NCBI GenBank assembly: GCA_002104905.1
Contig: MCFE01000356.1
Location: forward strand, 23,931 to 87,930
Direction: 5' to 3'
Source of the DNA: Basidiobolus meristosporus CBS 931.73
Lineage: Eukaryota; Fungi; Basidiobolomycota
Length of the DNA: 64,000 nucleotides
Positions 1-12,193 of this stretch are shown piece by piece. The position numbers and the translations under genes were made by a program. How positions within the stretch are numbered: position 1 is the stretch's first letter; each line of letters opens with the position of its first letter. The notes under the pieces were generated by a model. It had not been told where the DNA came from and ran no database searches. It saw only the letters and a program-made list of their open reading frames with translations.

Positions 1-417
1 GAGGAGCACCGCGGGAGCCGTAGCCAAGGTCAGAAGGAATGATCAACTTGCGCTTCTCACCGATGCACATGTTTTTCAAACCTTGGTCCCAACCCTTGAT
101 AACATGGCCTGCACCCAAAGTGAATACAAAGGGTTCTCCACGAGGGATGCTAGAGTCGAATTCGGTACCGTCAGCAAAGAGCTTTCCGGTGTAGTGCATG
201 GAAAGAGAGTCACCGTCCTTTGAGCGTCTATCACAATCGGCAACACGCTTCTTGATACCTAACCTGAAATTAGACACAAGCAACTATTTGGGCTTGAAGA
301 TGAACCGAACTTACCAATCTGCAAGTGCTTTGGAGCTTCTTTCAAAGCATCTGCCCCGATGAAGAGTAGGCAGGCGACTGCAAGGAAGTAAAGAACGAAG
401 CTAAGAGTACGGTTCAT
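1..417 (-). CDS. FPR2: FKBP-type peptidyl-prolyl cis-trans isomerase with signal peptide (FKBP2/Fpr2-like); 3' end runs off the window
   Basis: Manual translation: exon 1 417-315 [38 protein letters not shown] intron 314-259, exon 2 [37 protein letters not shown]...[41 protein letters not shown], which are classic FKBP motifs. Confidence 0.95.
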
Positions 418-644
418 GCTATAGAAATATAAAGAGCAGAGGACTTGTTGGTCACTAACTGGATTCTATATCAATATGCTGAGGGATTAATATACAGTGC
501 ATCACCCTACACGACAACGAAAAATCAGCCAATAGCTGATTGCTAGGTGGTATTTGCAGTAAATTTCAAAGATTGCCAACTCTACTATTCGTCAGTATAT
601 TTTCCAGCACCAAAGATTGCAACAAATTAGAGGAGAGCATGTGT

Positions 645-760
645 GAGTTTAATCACAATATGGTAGTGAGCATAGTCGAATTACTCAGTTCAATCACAAC
701 ATGGTAGTGAGTGTAGTTGAATTGTTGAGTTTAATCATGATATGGTTGTTGCATAATGAA
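645..760. repeat. Degenerate tandem repeat, about 3 x 41 bp, just downstream of the ATP10 stop
   Basis: Units gagtttaatcacaatatggtagtgagcatagtcgaattact (645-685), cagttcaatcacaacatggtagtgagtgtagttgaattgtt (686-726) and a partial third unit from 727. Confidence 0.8.
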
Positions 761-769
761 TGTGTTGGT

Positions 770-2007
770 TTACATTTTCTTGATGGATTTCCTTTGCTTG
801 TTTTCCTTGTCAAGCTCTTTGGCGAGACCTAACAGCGCCTCAATCTCTGCCGGTGTGGCCAGACCGTTTGCAGACCAGCGTACTTTGTGATTCGCATCGA
901 CAAGGAATGCCCATCCGAGAACTGCGTTGGTCACACTTAAGCGACGGCGAATCATCTCGATATTTTTATAATACATCACATAAGTCTCCTATATGCAGGC
1001 AGAGTTAGAGAGGATGGTATAGGAGACATACAAATTTCTACATACGTGGCGATCTTTAGGAATCAGTCGGCGCAGGTTGGGCTGGCTCACACGTAGGATA
1101 AGCCCCTTCAAAGGATTTTCCTGAATATTCATCTACGCAAGAGTTAGTGCCATTTTGCATTTGTCTGCTCCTTCCATGATACGGTACCTCCAAGAGTCCC
1201 ATGTTGGGGTTTTTGGCTCCGAATTCTTTTAGCCAGGGCTCGACGTAACTGCTAACATGAGCCTTCGAAGTGTGTAAGTTTGTTAATGCTTTGGATGGCA
1301 TTGCTAAGTCGACTTTACCTCCCCAAATCTGGTAAAGCAGAAGGTCACCAAACTGGTCTTCCCGCCAATCATTGTCATGGTTTCCACTTTCTTCTTTGCA
1401 AGACTTTTCCCGCGGAAATTAGGCATATACATGGCTTTCTGTTATGATGCGAGAACCAATATGTATCAGGCGCGGAGTGCGTACCCGGGAAAAATCCTTG
1501 AACTGTACCTCAGCCTTTATCAACTTGTTTGGTGCTTCGAATTTTTTTGTGCCAGTCTTCAAATCTAACAAACGAAGGTTAGAAACTTGTGGCGCCATAT
1601 CCCTGTTTTGTACTGGCGGACTTACCAATGAAATCTTTCCAGTAGGATTCAGTAATTTTCTCCGCCCTAAGCCAGCCCAACAATAAAGAATGGCGTTAGC
1701 TATGGAAGGTTTGGAGAGAAATGAGGCATTTCACTTACAGTAAGCGTCTTCTCTGTAAATGTTTGTCGTAATCGAGGTACTCGTCGCAATTGTCCTTAAC
1801 TCGCTCGAACCAGGTGCGGGTATCGATCTTGGGCGGCTCGTTCACAATTTGGACCTCAGTACCGGGCAATTCCCTCTTTTTCTTTTCCTTTTTTTGAGGA
1901 GGTTGCTCGGCCGGGGCTGTACTAGCATATCGAACCGGTAAGATTCTCAATCCATTCCCCAGCACGCTCAGTGACCTGAACCGCAGCACTTGCGTCAAGG
2001 AGTTCAT
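770..2007 (-). CDS. ATP10: Mitochondrial ATP synthase assembly factor Atp10 (multi-exon)
   Basis: Spliced translation joins ORF fragments 1735-2007, 1056-1301 and 770-979: mitochondrial presequence, DYDKHLQRRRLLAEKITESYWKDF, FEAPNKLIKAEKAMYMPNF, GWAFLVDANHKVRWSANGLATPAE, matching Atp10 family motifs. Confidence 0.85.
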
Positions 2008-2429
2008 GCTTATACTGTAACGCCAAGTATTTAGTATCCAGCAACCTTTGTAGGCTCAAAATCAAATTCTTCAAATAATTCATTTCTGGTGCAGATATGG
2101 TGATTGTGTATTCTAGGATAATTGTGATCCGAAATGGACAATATGAAGTCGGAGAATTCTCAGAATTGAACAGTCACTTCCTCGACATCACACAATCACA
2201 TCGTTGCAACATTTATCCGATCGCAATATGTTGACTTTTTCCAGAACTAATTAATTCACTGATCCCGAGATATTTCATCACTGAAAGCTGATGAGCTGAA
2301 CAGTGCTCCAATTGGCCATATTTCAATAGTCGTTCTCGTTATCGGCTGGAAATAAACCGTTACTCTTCCTTGATATACGCCTTGATACGTTCCATACTCC
2401 ACTTCATCGTCTTCGTTTCTGCTTAAACA

Positions 2430-4498
2430 ATGGAAAAGGCCATCTTGAAGGCGACGAATCGCAAGTGTGTTGAACCAAAAGCAAAACATGTTCAAAGTAA
2501 GCGTAGGCCCTATAGAATTTGTGCCACCTGCCTTTGCTAAAGCAAACTTTTAGCCCTTATCGCTGCCTCTTGGTCGGAAATCGATGCCCGGGAGATCTTC
2601 GGGCCTCTTTCTTCGCGTCTCCACGATTCTTCTTGGGTGGTTAGTGATTTGTATCCTTCTGATGGATTCTCTTTGGTGGATCTTGACCCAATTCACCTAC
2701 ATGTAGACCGTATTCAAAGCACTCATCGTAGCCCATCGTCTTTTGAGAGATGGCTGTTCGGAGCGTTTATATAACCAACTTTCCGTACAACCCGGTCTTT
2801 TCAATGTATCGGGATTTCGGGATAAATCCGGCACAAATGGTAAGATTCCCTAGGTTGCTGGTGAGACGATTCTCTAACTCAAAAACCTGAACTTTCCCAC
2901 TGCGAATTTTATCAGAGCAAACGAAAAACATTAGAAGTTATGCTGCATATATCGAGGAGAAAGTGCTTATCTATCGAGAGACAAAGAAAGACTTCACCCA
3001 AAGTAAAAATGGAGAAAACAGTAGTCTACGCAAACTCACTATCAGCCAGGGGCTATTAAAGGAAACTAGGTTGTTGCAACGACAAATCTCAACTCTGCTA
3101 AATTGTAACGTGAGTGGATTACTTCGCGTATGGTCACACCGTTTTGTACCCGGCTAAATACCACTCGTCTATAGTTTTACTTGGACGAAGTCAATAATGA
3201 AGTGACCTTGTCTGCGTACTGTTTGTTGATCAAGGATCTGCTCAAGTTATTCCAATGTATGAACGAGGCCGTTATCAACATACTCGGTAAATAATGCAAT
3301 ATGCCCGCCATCCCCACTGGTATTCTAATTATCCCATGTTAGAGCATTATTTCGAGATGGAGAAAATCGATGCGCGAAACTCACTTGAAGTCTACCGCAC
3401 CTTCACTCAATTAACAGAAAGGGTCTTGGATTATCTAAACACAGCACGTCGGATTCAAGGGGCTCTGGACGTAAATATCCCTACCTTGAAGCATGTACTA
3501 TCGTTTTCATCGTACCATCCATATCAGATCGAAATGACTGAGATTTTAATGTTCAGGCACCAGTCAGTTTAGCGCTCACACTAGAAGAATACCTGAACAA
3601 CCCGGATTTTGAAAATAACCGCAGACAGTATCTCGAGACCAAAAAGATCCCTCAGCAAAATCTGGATACCTCGAGAAGCGTAGAGACCACTGCTTCAGGT
3701 TAGTGACTTTGTACAGACCAAGCGTCGCCCGAGCTTTTTCTAATTGAAACATGGTCATCAGTCACCCGTTCTGACACCATATCCCCTACCACTCGGCTAC
3801 AGCCTCAATCCCAGCCCCAATTCCAGGCACAGCCTCCTTTGAACCAGACAGCGACTGCTCCAGTGGCCAAGGCAGGGCCAGAAAAGGAGTTGATAGACTT
3901 CTTTGCCAGCATCGAAGAAGATCCATCTGCGTTCAACAACACTATCAACATGAGCCAACCGTTTGGGACGATTAATCAGCCACCTTCATTTGGAACGCAA
4001 CAGATCCCATTCAACCAGCAGCCTTCACAATTCCAAGTCACTCCCCAGTATTCGAACACATACCAAGCCACTCCCCAGTACTCGAACACATTCCAAGCAA
4101 ACCAATTCCAGCAGGCACCTGTGACCCAAATCCCGCCCTCTAGCCCGAGCAACCCATTCCAAAAGCAATTCACCTCTCAAACTGTCCGGAGCCCGACCAA
4201 CCCATTCTCCTCGCAGACGGTCTTGGCACAAAACACCAATCTGCAAAGATCGGCCACCAATCCGTTTGCCAGAATGGCAGCCCAGCCCAATCCAAATGCA
4301 CTTGCCTGGAATCTATTCAACCAAGGGTCATCTCAGCATCCTAGCCAGGGTCTGAATCTTAATCAAAACCCAAACATGAACCCAAATCCGAATCCGAACC
4401 CAAATCCAAATCAGTTCCACCCTTCAATGAACAACGGCTTCCAGCCCCAACCGCCCAATGAGATGCAACTCTATCGGAATGCCTTTGGCAACGCGTAA
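2430..4498 (+). CDS. ANTH-domain clathrin coat assembly protein (AP180/Yap1801-like), multi-exon
   Basis: Exons MEKAILKATNRKCVEPKAKHVQ, TVFKALIVAHRLLRDG, LLKETRLLQRQI, LEHYFEMEKIDARNSLEVY; Q/N/P-rich tail with three NPF motifs. Confidence 0.9.
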
Positions 4499-4844
4499 CC
4501 TCCCCTCACTTCCACTTCTTCGGCTTCCCATGTCATGGAGCTTTAAATAAACTGTATAATTCGTGATTGGCGCCCATCCACTCTAACTATAAATACGACG
4601 CCAACCTCATGCCACATTTAGCAGTCAGTTCATTGGCTGGAGTGGATGGAAATTCCTATGGAAACTTCTCTGGAGATTTATTAAAGCAAAAAAATCGAAC
4701 AAAACTTCCAAGTAAAGCCAGCCACGTCGGGCAGGAATACATTGATGAAGCATAATGCAAAATTTACATTCAAAGCAAACAGATACAATGCCAGATTATT
4801 GGGTCTATGTACAGATTCTCCACCATAAGCTTGCTTTCAAACAG

Positions 4845-6371
4845 CTACTTTCGCGTCTCGGAGGTTTTCTTGCTCTTCTTACTGCGCTTTCTTCCGCTGG
4901 GTAATGACTGGGTCGAGTATTTGATACTAGGCACTTTGGGCGGCGGCTTGAAATAGTACTGCTTGTCCTTCAGTGTACATGATCTGGTTCCCTTCACCAA
5001 TGGCTTATATGTATCTCTTCGCTCGGGGTCGGGGTCGCTATTGACAGCGTAGTGCCATAGGTCTGCGAGTGGTTTACCACCAGCATCTTTTCCTTTACGA
5101 ACAACGTGTCCAAAGAAAGGATATCGATGCAAGCAGCGAGCAACATCTAGCTCGGTAAGTCGTCGCTTCTCATAGAATGCCGAGTAATCTGTTGCAATAG
5201 AGCTGAATATCTCCGAGGCACTTAACATATGCTTGCCTGTGAAAACAATCGCTGCTACGATATTGTCGATAAGCTCTTTCTGACTTGGGTCGATCTTTGG
5301 CTTGGGGGATTTCTCTGTCCTCGGCCGCTTTCTATCTCGAGTACACTCCTCAGAAGCACTGCTAAGGTCAGAGTCGGAGTTATCACTAGATTCCAGATCT
5401 GATAAGTCCATGTCTGATGAACAGTACGAGAGCTCCGAATCCGACGAACCATCAATTGGGTCATCGCTTCGGAGAGAACTGTTGCAAATACTGCTAGCTG
5501 GGCTGATGTTGCGGAACGCCTTAGACCTAGGGTTGTTCAATTCTGACTGAGACTTTTCGGGTCGCTTGCTCCCGTTCGTGGAGTTTTCCTTAATGATCTG
5601 AGGTGTCCGCAGTGAATCCTTGTCAGTCGAACAGCCTTTAGCATCGGCACTTTGCTCAGCTTCAGCTGTGGGTGCGGGGCTTCCAAAAGGCGGTGATGGT
5701 AGATAATCCAAGTGTGGAATCTGAAACCGATACCTTATCCCAGCAACATCGATGATGTTCCCGTTCATCAGCTTTTTGGAGCATTTAGCTTTAAACAAGG
5801 CTCCGTCAATGTACAACCCATTTGCTCCAATAACGTTAATTGTAAAGGCTCCACTCGTCTCTTCCCAACTAATAACAGCGTGCCTGCGGGAAACTTTCCT
5901 ATTAGACCCTCCAAGATTGATTGTTGCTGAGCGCCCACGGCCTAATGTTATACTGGAGGTATAAGAGCCAAAAATCACTTCGATTGAATCTTTCTCAGTA
6001 TCCTCGCAGCAGGGAAAATCACTTGGTTTCGTGTCATTCTTGGAAGATGCAATATCGGGTTGTGGAGTCTCCAATATAGATACTTTCGTCAGTTCGGCTG
6101 TCTCAGTCTTAACTGTGATTTCGGCAGGAGCGGAATCCTCCAGTTGCGATTTAACTGCTTCTAATACAAAGCTGGAGTGAGTAAAACTTCCTCGAGAAAC
6201 ATGATAAGCGTTATCGGTCTACCTTCATTATTGAAGAAATCAATAAAGCTTTCTCGAGTATCTTCCGAGTTAGCATCCTAAATATCGATGATAGGCGGTT
6301 TGAGCATTGTACTTCCTCGTATGATACGTGTTAATGAAGCAACCTACCAATAAAAGATCAGCAATCTTCAT
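4845..6371 (-). CDS. TOS4: FHA-domain transcriptional regulator, Tos4/Plm2-like (5' exons inferred)
   Basis: FHA motifs ITLGRG, SRRHA, GANGLYIDG; C-terminal VVRKGKDAGGKPLADLWHY...DPDPERR block typical of Tos4/Plm2. Two upstream GT-AG introns give the start MKIADLLL at 6371. Confidence 0.8.
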
Positions 6372-7161
6372 GAAGTTCAAACTATAAACTTAACGCGAAC
6401 TGTTGTGCGGGTATTAAGGTAGCAGTTGGTACCAATGTAGAGTAATACAGCTCAGATAAGTTACAAAAGAAGATAAAAATGAGTACGGTTTGCCAGGAGT
6501 TCTCAACTAAAACAGGTTAAAGTGGGAATTGAGGGAAATCGTGTAAAATGTTTAAGAGAAGGAAGAAAAAGTAGTCATTCAGAAGCCCGGAACACCTTTT
6601 TAGTTGGATACTCGCTTGTCATTCGATTGGCCCACAGTCTCCATGATTTCTTAACCTACTGATCCAGATTTTCAATGGGAATCCGAGTGGAGTCACGTGA
6701 ATTCTGGGATCAGACAAGGTTGCACCAATGATTCCAGGAGGAAGAAAAAAAGGGAAATTTAATATCGGAGTTATAGTTGATTTACAGATTGATATTGGAA
6801 TTATAGTTAATTCACGCTGATGTTACGTCAACTTGTCTCCACCAACGATTTAGTCGATATTTTTCGCGAGGCAACGCAATCACCATTGGCCATAAGTGGA
6901 GTCGATCATCTCTAAATTGGTGAGTGTCTCTCACGAACTTGATCTTGATTACTGGCTTAGAGTATTGGTTCGGAAGATCGATTCTCATCTTGAGAGTGTC
7001 GTGCTGGATGTAGCTACCCAAAAATTATAGCCAATCAGTTAGCAGTGGAGAGGAGTGAGGTAAATAGGAAACTGGATAATGCAATGTTGTTTTGACAAAG
7101 ATTGGTAGTGCTACCGGGCACAACCGGTTTCTATGCTTTTGAAAGACCGACCCATATAAAT

Positions 7162-8378
7162 ATGCCATTGGAAACGAACGAAAAATTGGTGGTTTCTTCA
7201 CGCTGGTTACAACCTAATCAGCCTGAACCCGTATCTTTCTCTTCCTTTGACTCTTTATTGCGAAAGCCTTGTCGACTTGAGTTTCCGTTTTTACCAAGAG
7301 CAGTACACATTTGGTCCAAAAAAACTGGGAATGAGCGATGGAGTTTTCAGTAACCACCCCTCGAGTGAAGCCTGTCTGCATAGTTCTGATCCATCTTCCT
7401 CTGACAATGAACTACATGTTCATGTAGGTGTTGATGAAGGGGTAAGCCTGTTGGAAAATGACAAGATGATTAGAATCCTATGCAGGAACATGGATGATCT
7501 TGAGAATAACGAGTCAATAGATTTCTACATATTCGGTAGTCCACTTGAAACCGTTCAAACGTTACGAGACCGAATAGAAAGTATCTTGCAAGAGAGAGTG
7601 TACTCACTCCAGAATATCTTCAACGAGCCGTTACTTTTGGAGGCAAACTTGGTTACTGCAGGATTTTCACCAGAAGATGTATTATTTTATCGTTTGACTG
7701 ACTCCTCCCAGTATTCAGAGCAAGGTATGTCAGACACCATTGAACCCAAACCCAATCTATGGCTGATTGGTGGCAATTAGGACGAGACCTACGAATCAAT
7801 ATCCGTGACCATGCTTTATGTACGATGACTTTCTATGGCAGTCAAACTCTATATGATGTCTACAAAGCAATTCAGGAGAAATACCCCAACTCGTTGAAGA
7901 CACTGGACATATGTGATGTGATATTGAGGGCTGACGAACGAGTTTTATCTGGTGAAGAGCTTTTCAGCTCGCTCGAGGGGAACTCAACGCTCTATATCGA
8001 GGTCAAGAGGTACGCAGGGATGATGAATTATTTTAGTCGAACACGCCTAGTAAGTCGCGATTGATTGGAATCACATTGATGTCGCAAGTGAAACTAATTG
8101 GTTTTGAGTAGTTGGATGATCCTCTAAGATATGTGTTCTACTCTATTGTGACTGCAGTCACCCTTGGCCTCTTCTTGGCACCGCAATCACAGTCTTCGTC
8201 ACTTAAACCTTGGCAATGGAGTTGCACGAGTCGCGTCTGGCTGTACCTGACATTCGTTTTCACACTGGCACAGGCTTGTGTTACCATTAAAGTGACTTCA
8301 AACCCTATGGTGCTAATTTCCTTAATCGTGGTAGGGAATGTGCTACAGGCGGCCCTCAGGGTCAAAGAGCTACAATAA
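7162..8378 (+). CDS. Hypothetical membrane protein with two possible ubiquitin-like/UBX-like repeats and a C-terminal hydrophobic region; exon structure and start uncertain
   Basis: Successive same-strand ORFs 7102-7353, 7247-7780, 7759-8064 and 8112-8378 with splice-like junctions; last exon has about 3 hydrophobic stretches. Confidence 0.45.
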
Positions 8379-8663
8379 CGGTCTCTACAGCCAAATGGCC
8401 GGCGTAAATAATGTGAATAGTTCGTTGAACGATTTGTTAATACCATTGAATACCCATGAGTTCTTGTAACCCGGAAATGGCAAAAAAAATCAATGTACTT
8501 TATTTTACGTTTCTATATCGGTGAGTCCTTTTCTCTTCACTTCTGAGCTAACATAAGCAAATCAATAAATCATTCAACTAGTGGCAACAGGTAAGGGGAA
8601 GATTGAGTTGTTCTAGCAATGAAAGAAATGTACAATGGAACCAATAAGTGTAGGAACAAACTT

Positions 8664-9506
8664 CTACTGGGCCTTGGGTTTGGGATATTCCTCCCAGGAA
8701 ACATACGGAATCAGACATAACAGATAGTGAAGCTTAGCTTTATGTCCTAGCGTTTCCTGACGATCAACCAAAATGAGTAGACACAGACAATAGAGCCCTG
8801 CCGATACCATGGCATGCCAAACGGCGTGGAATTGTGGGTTGAAAGGGAGTATTGTCGAATTCCCCAAAGCAGCAGCAACGTGACCGTTCAAATATCGGCA
8901 GAAGTTGAAGTCGGTGAACCAGATAAGCATTGCTGACACATACATTCCAATTCCCAATTCAAAAAGCCTCTTCACAGTGGGGGAGCCATGGCGTTTGCTG
9001 AGGTAGATTTTCAAAATCATGGCTCCGTCCGTCAGCTCCAAGCTTGCGAAGGTGAAGTGGAAGAAATAAAATTGGACCTTTCCGGAGAATAGGGACACGA
9101 CAGCGGTGACTAGTGCGGTGTAGACACCCAAGATAATTGGGAACCATCCACTGACATTCGGGTATTTGTTCTTAACCAAACAATAGAACAGAACAGCGGC
9201 AGTCCAGCACATTGGGAGCTCGTCTAGCATTTGTGTTTCGTATTTGAGGGTCCCATGGAACAAAAGGCTTCCCCAGCCAACAACGGAGATTAAGCGGAAG
9301 GCAAGGCGATACCTAAATTCTGACTTCGGATGTAGCCAGGCACCAAGTTCGCCTATCACGACCATGGCTAAAGACGAGAAGCTGTTGAACATTTCCGCGA
9401 CGTAATAGCTATATTCATAATTCGTCTCGCACCAGTCAACCGAGGAGGTGGCAGCCCCCCAGTAGCCAGGATAGCCGAGTATGGTACTTTCTTGAGACAT
9501 TGACAA
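8664..9506 (-). CDS. Alkaline ceramidase (Ypc1/Ydc1/ACER family, CREST superfamily), intronless
   Basis: GYWGAATSSVDWCETNY, AEMFNSFSS, GSLLFHGTLKYETQMLDELPM, HAVWH motifs; 7-TM hydrophobic pattern. Confidence 0.93.
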   Translation of the reverse strand: MSMSQESTILGYPGYWGAATSSVDWCETNYEYSYYVAEMFNSFSSLAMVVIGELGAWLHPKSEFRYRLAFRLISVVGWGSLLFHGTLKYETQMLDELPMCWTAAVLFYCLVKNKYPNVSGWFPIILGVYTALVTAVVSLFSGKVQFYFFHFTFASLELTDGAMILKIYLSKRHGSPTVKRLFELGIGMYVSAMLIWFTDFNFCRYLNGHVAAALGNSTILPFNPQFHAVWHAMVSAGLYCLCLLILVDRQETLGHKAKLHYLLCLIPYVSWEEYPKPKAQ

Positions 9507-10045
9507 AAGGACGAGATATTGGTGGTCAAGTTCTCCAGCTGTCTATTTTATACGATTGTCGCCTCGGTTCGGGACAATTGGTCGCATATGAAAAATGGAT
9601 CCAGAATTTTACATTTGGAAGTCAGGCAGTGATTCGGCATCACGAATACCAATTACCCGACAATCCCTGTTCTAAATGGAGGAAACAGTGACCGAGTGTG
9701 TGTGTTGAGTTAAGCGTTCGCGTTCTCAAGTCCAATCATGTGAATTCAATCTAAACGGGCCAAGATGCATACGAAATCTACTCCATTCCAGCCGAGACGG
9801 AAAGATATACTAAATTAATTAGTGATTCTGATGAAAATTTTCTTGGCCTGTTCCTGAATAGATTGCCATGGAATGAAGGTTTGACGATGAAGTGACTGTT
9901 TAAAAACAAGGGAAGCCTTTGAAAAGGGGGGATATCAGGAACGATTAGGGGAGTGACTGCAAAAGCGAAACCAAGTGTTCAAAAATGCTCTAACTTTCTC
10001 AAGGAGCTCCTTGAATTCCTTCCTTCTTTCACCGTCACGGTGAAT

Positions 10046-11954
10046 ATGAGTAGTGCTCTAAATTGGTCAGATCTTGGTCATACTCTGGTGGCTTTAACAA
10101 CCACACTAGGGGTGCTCGCGGTATTGGGAAACATCCTTTATCTGGTAAAGCATATTGGAAGTGTATTCAGTAGTGTGTGCTTTCAAAATAATCAGACTTC
10201 TCTAGCTACGAAAGTTTTTGACTGATCCGTTGCGGGAAATACCTAGCCCGAATTGGTATGAATTAGTATTGTTGGATACAAGAATATGGCTATACAAGAG
10301 ATTCTCAAGGGAAGAGATGAATTACAGCCATTTACACACTAGGCTTGGGCCCATCGTTAGAATCGGTATTGTTGTTTTTAACACGGTATTGAAGTCGGCT
10401 TAGTTTATAACTCTTCTTTTCCGGGAACCTACTTCCTAGGCATGAACAGAGTCTCGATTGCTGATTCAGTGCTTATTAAACATATCCTTCAAGACAAGCG
10501 TTTGAAGGCAAGAGAGTTAAAGTAAGTGTATCATCGGCAACAGACGTATGCATCCGTTAGGACTAATGGAGTAAATTATTCCGAAAGCTCGCACATGGGC
10601 GTGGTAAGTGACAGATTTTCTTAGGACATCGAATTTCTCCTCATGCTCCAAATCCATTTGAGTAGAACGAGCTACAATACATGTTTGATGACAAGTGCTG
10701 TTTACCAATCGAATCTCGGATAAGCACAGTAATTGATAGGCTGTTCAGCACTAAAGACACCTCGCATGCGATCATTGACCGGAGAGAGGTGATCAGTAAA
10801 TTGGTGTCTGACATCATCGTGACGGTTGTTCTTGGATTGGATTCTAAAAAGCTGACCAAGTATCGCTACGAATATATTGTCAATCTGATTCACGAAAGAA
10901 GGAAGTGGAAAAATATAGTAAGGCATATGAATCATTTGGTCAGGTGGCGATGTTAAAGTATTCTCATTGCTAGTTGCGCAGTTATCCAGCTCTTACCTGG
11001 ATTCCATATGCACCGATCGAAGCAACCTTCCGTACCTGTGATGAGGAGTTAAAGCGGGTAAATGGATTTTTCATAAAAGGCCGTGGATACAAACAAACAA
11101 ACAAACCAATGCACACTTTCTTGACAGAAAATCAAGGCTCTTGTTGACGAAGCCGAGCCGAGCCGAGCTCAGGCGAGGAGCATCATAAATATCTGCGTGG
11201 GGAGAGCTAAGTCCAAGCAAATCGAAAGCGACCAATTTACCGAGGAAATTCTGATGTTGATGTAAGAGCAGTCAGGATACCCTAACATGTGTTGCACCTC
11301 ACCCCTAAACCCTCACGCCAGGTCCAATATAGAGGACATCTTATCCATTAGTTTGGCCAGCGCCTTTGAATCGATTCTCCATGATCCAACGACGCTGCAT
11401 AAAATCGAGGAGCAAATCGCACTGATTATCAGCGACGAATACCAGAAGATAGACCTTTCGAGCTCCTCAAGGAAAAAAGTGACATTTGAAGAGAAGTGCA
11501 AGGCACATCTGCTGAATTTTGAACATCTCAAGTCCATAGAACAACTCCAAATGATCGTTCAAAAGGCAATGGACTCTGCCATGCCAAAGGACCTTCAAAG
11601 AACCACGAGCTATACACCATTTCCGGTCGGGAAATACCATTTGCCTAGAAATACCGAAATCCGAATCCCGTTCAAGGCATTAGATCTGCCATATCCAGCA
11701 AACCCCTCAGAGCCGACTTCACTAAGTTCAGCTGAACTTATGCATTGTTTAAGTCATCGGTAATAACCCTTTGTGGACTCCGCCATCCTAGTTAGCTAAC
11801 TGTTCATTTGTGTAGATTTGTGAGCTGCATTCTCCAGGATACCCTGGCTGGTCTCATCACCAGGTATCGCTTGGAGCCATACAGGAGTCATCATATTGCG
11901 GTGGGATATCGAAGATACATCAGATTCACCAGACGCACCAAGTCTTGCTTGTGA
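10046..11954 (+). CDS. Highly divergent cytochrome P450-fold protein (467 aa, 9 exons) lacking canonical catalytic motifs
   Basis: Exons 10046-10144, 10206-10365, 10440-10521, 10588-10603, 10666-10917, 10974-11057, 11128-11261, 11322-11759, 11816-11954 are all phase-compatible with no internal stop. N-terminal TM anchor, DPLREIPSP, HTRLGPIVRIGMNRVSIAD, J-helix ILHDPTTLHKIEEQI, VGKYHLPRNTEI, and terminal CLSHRFVSCILQDTLAGLITRYRL. Confidence 0.75.
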
Positions 11955-12193
11955 TTGTGCTCGTTGAGACCTGAATCGTGGCATTTATTTATTGAACCAA
12001 TTGCTGCAGAGAGCAGTGTCAACTGAGAAAGATCGGGAGATGGTGATTTGCTAGCTACACATCACGACCAATTAACCAGGGGAAACGATGGCCATTGGAA
12101 GATTGTGATTAATTCAATTGCTGCAAAAACCAAATAAATCATGGATTGCTCCTATTTTGTTCGGGCCAAACCTGTCTTGAACTAAAGCAAAGT

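Noticed and set aside
770-1628. Short minus-strand ORFs (69-81 aa) as separate orphan genes
   Set aside because: They are exons or intron read-through of ATP10
6391-6870. CGCGAA/TTTCGCG (SBF/E2F-like) sites upstream of the Tos4-like gene
   Set aside because: Only two dispersed short matches, with no comparable cluster upstream of POL2
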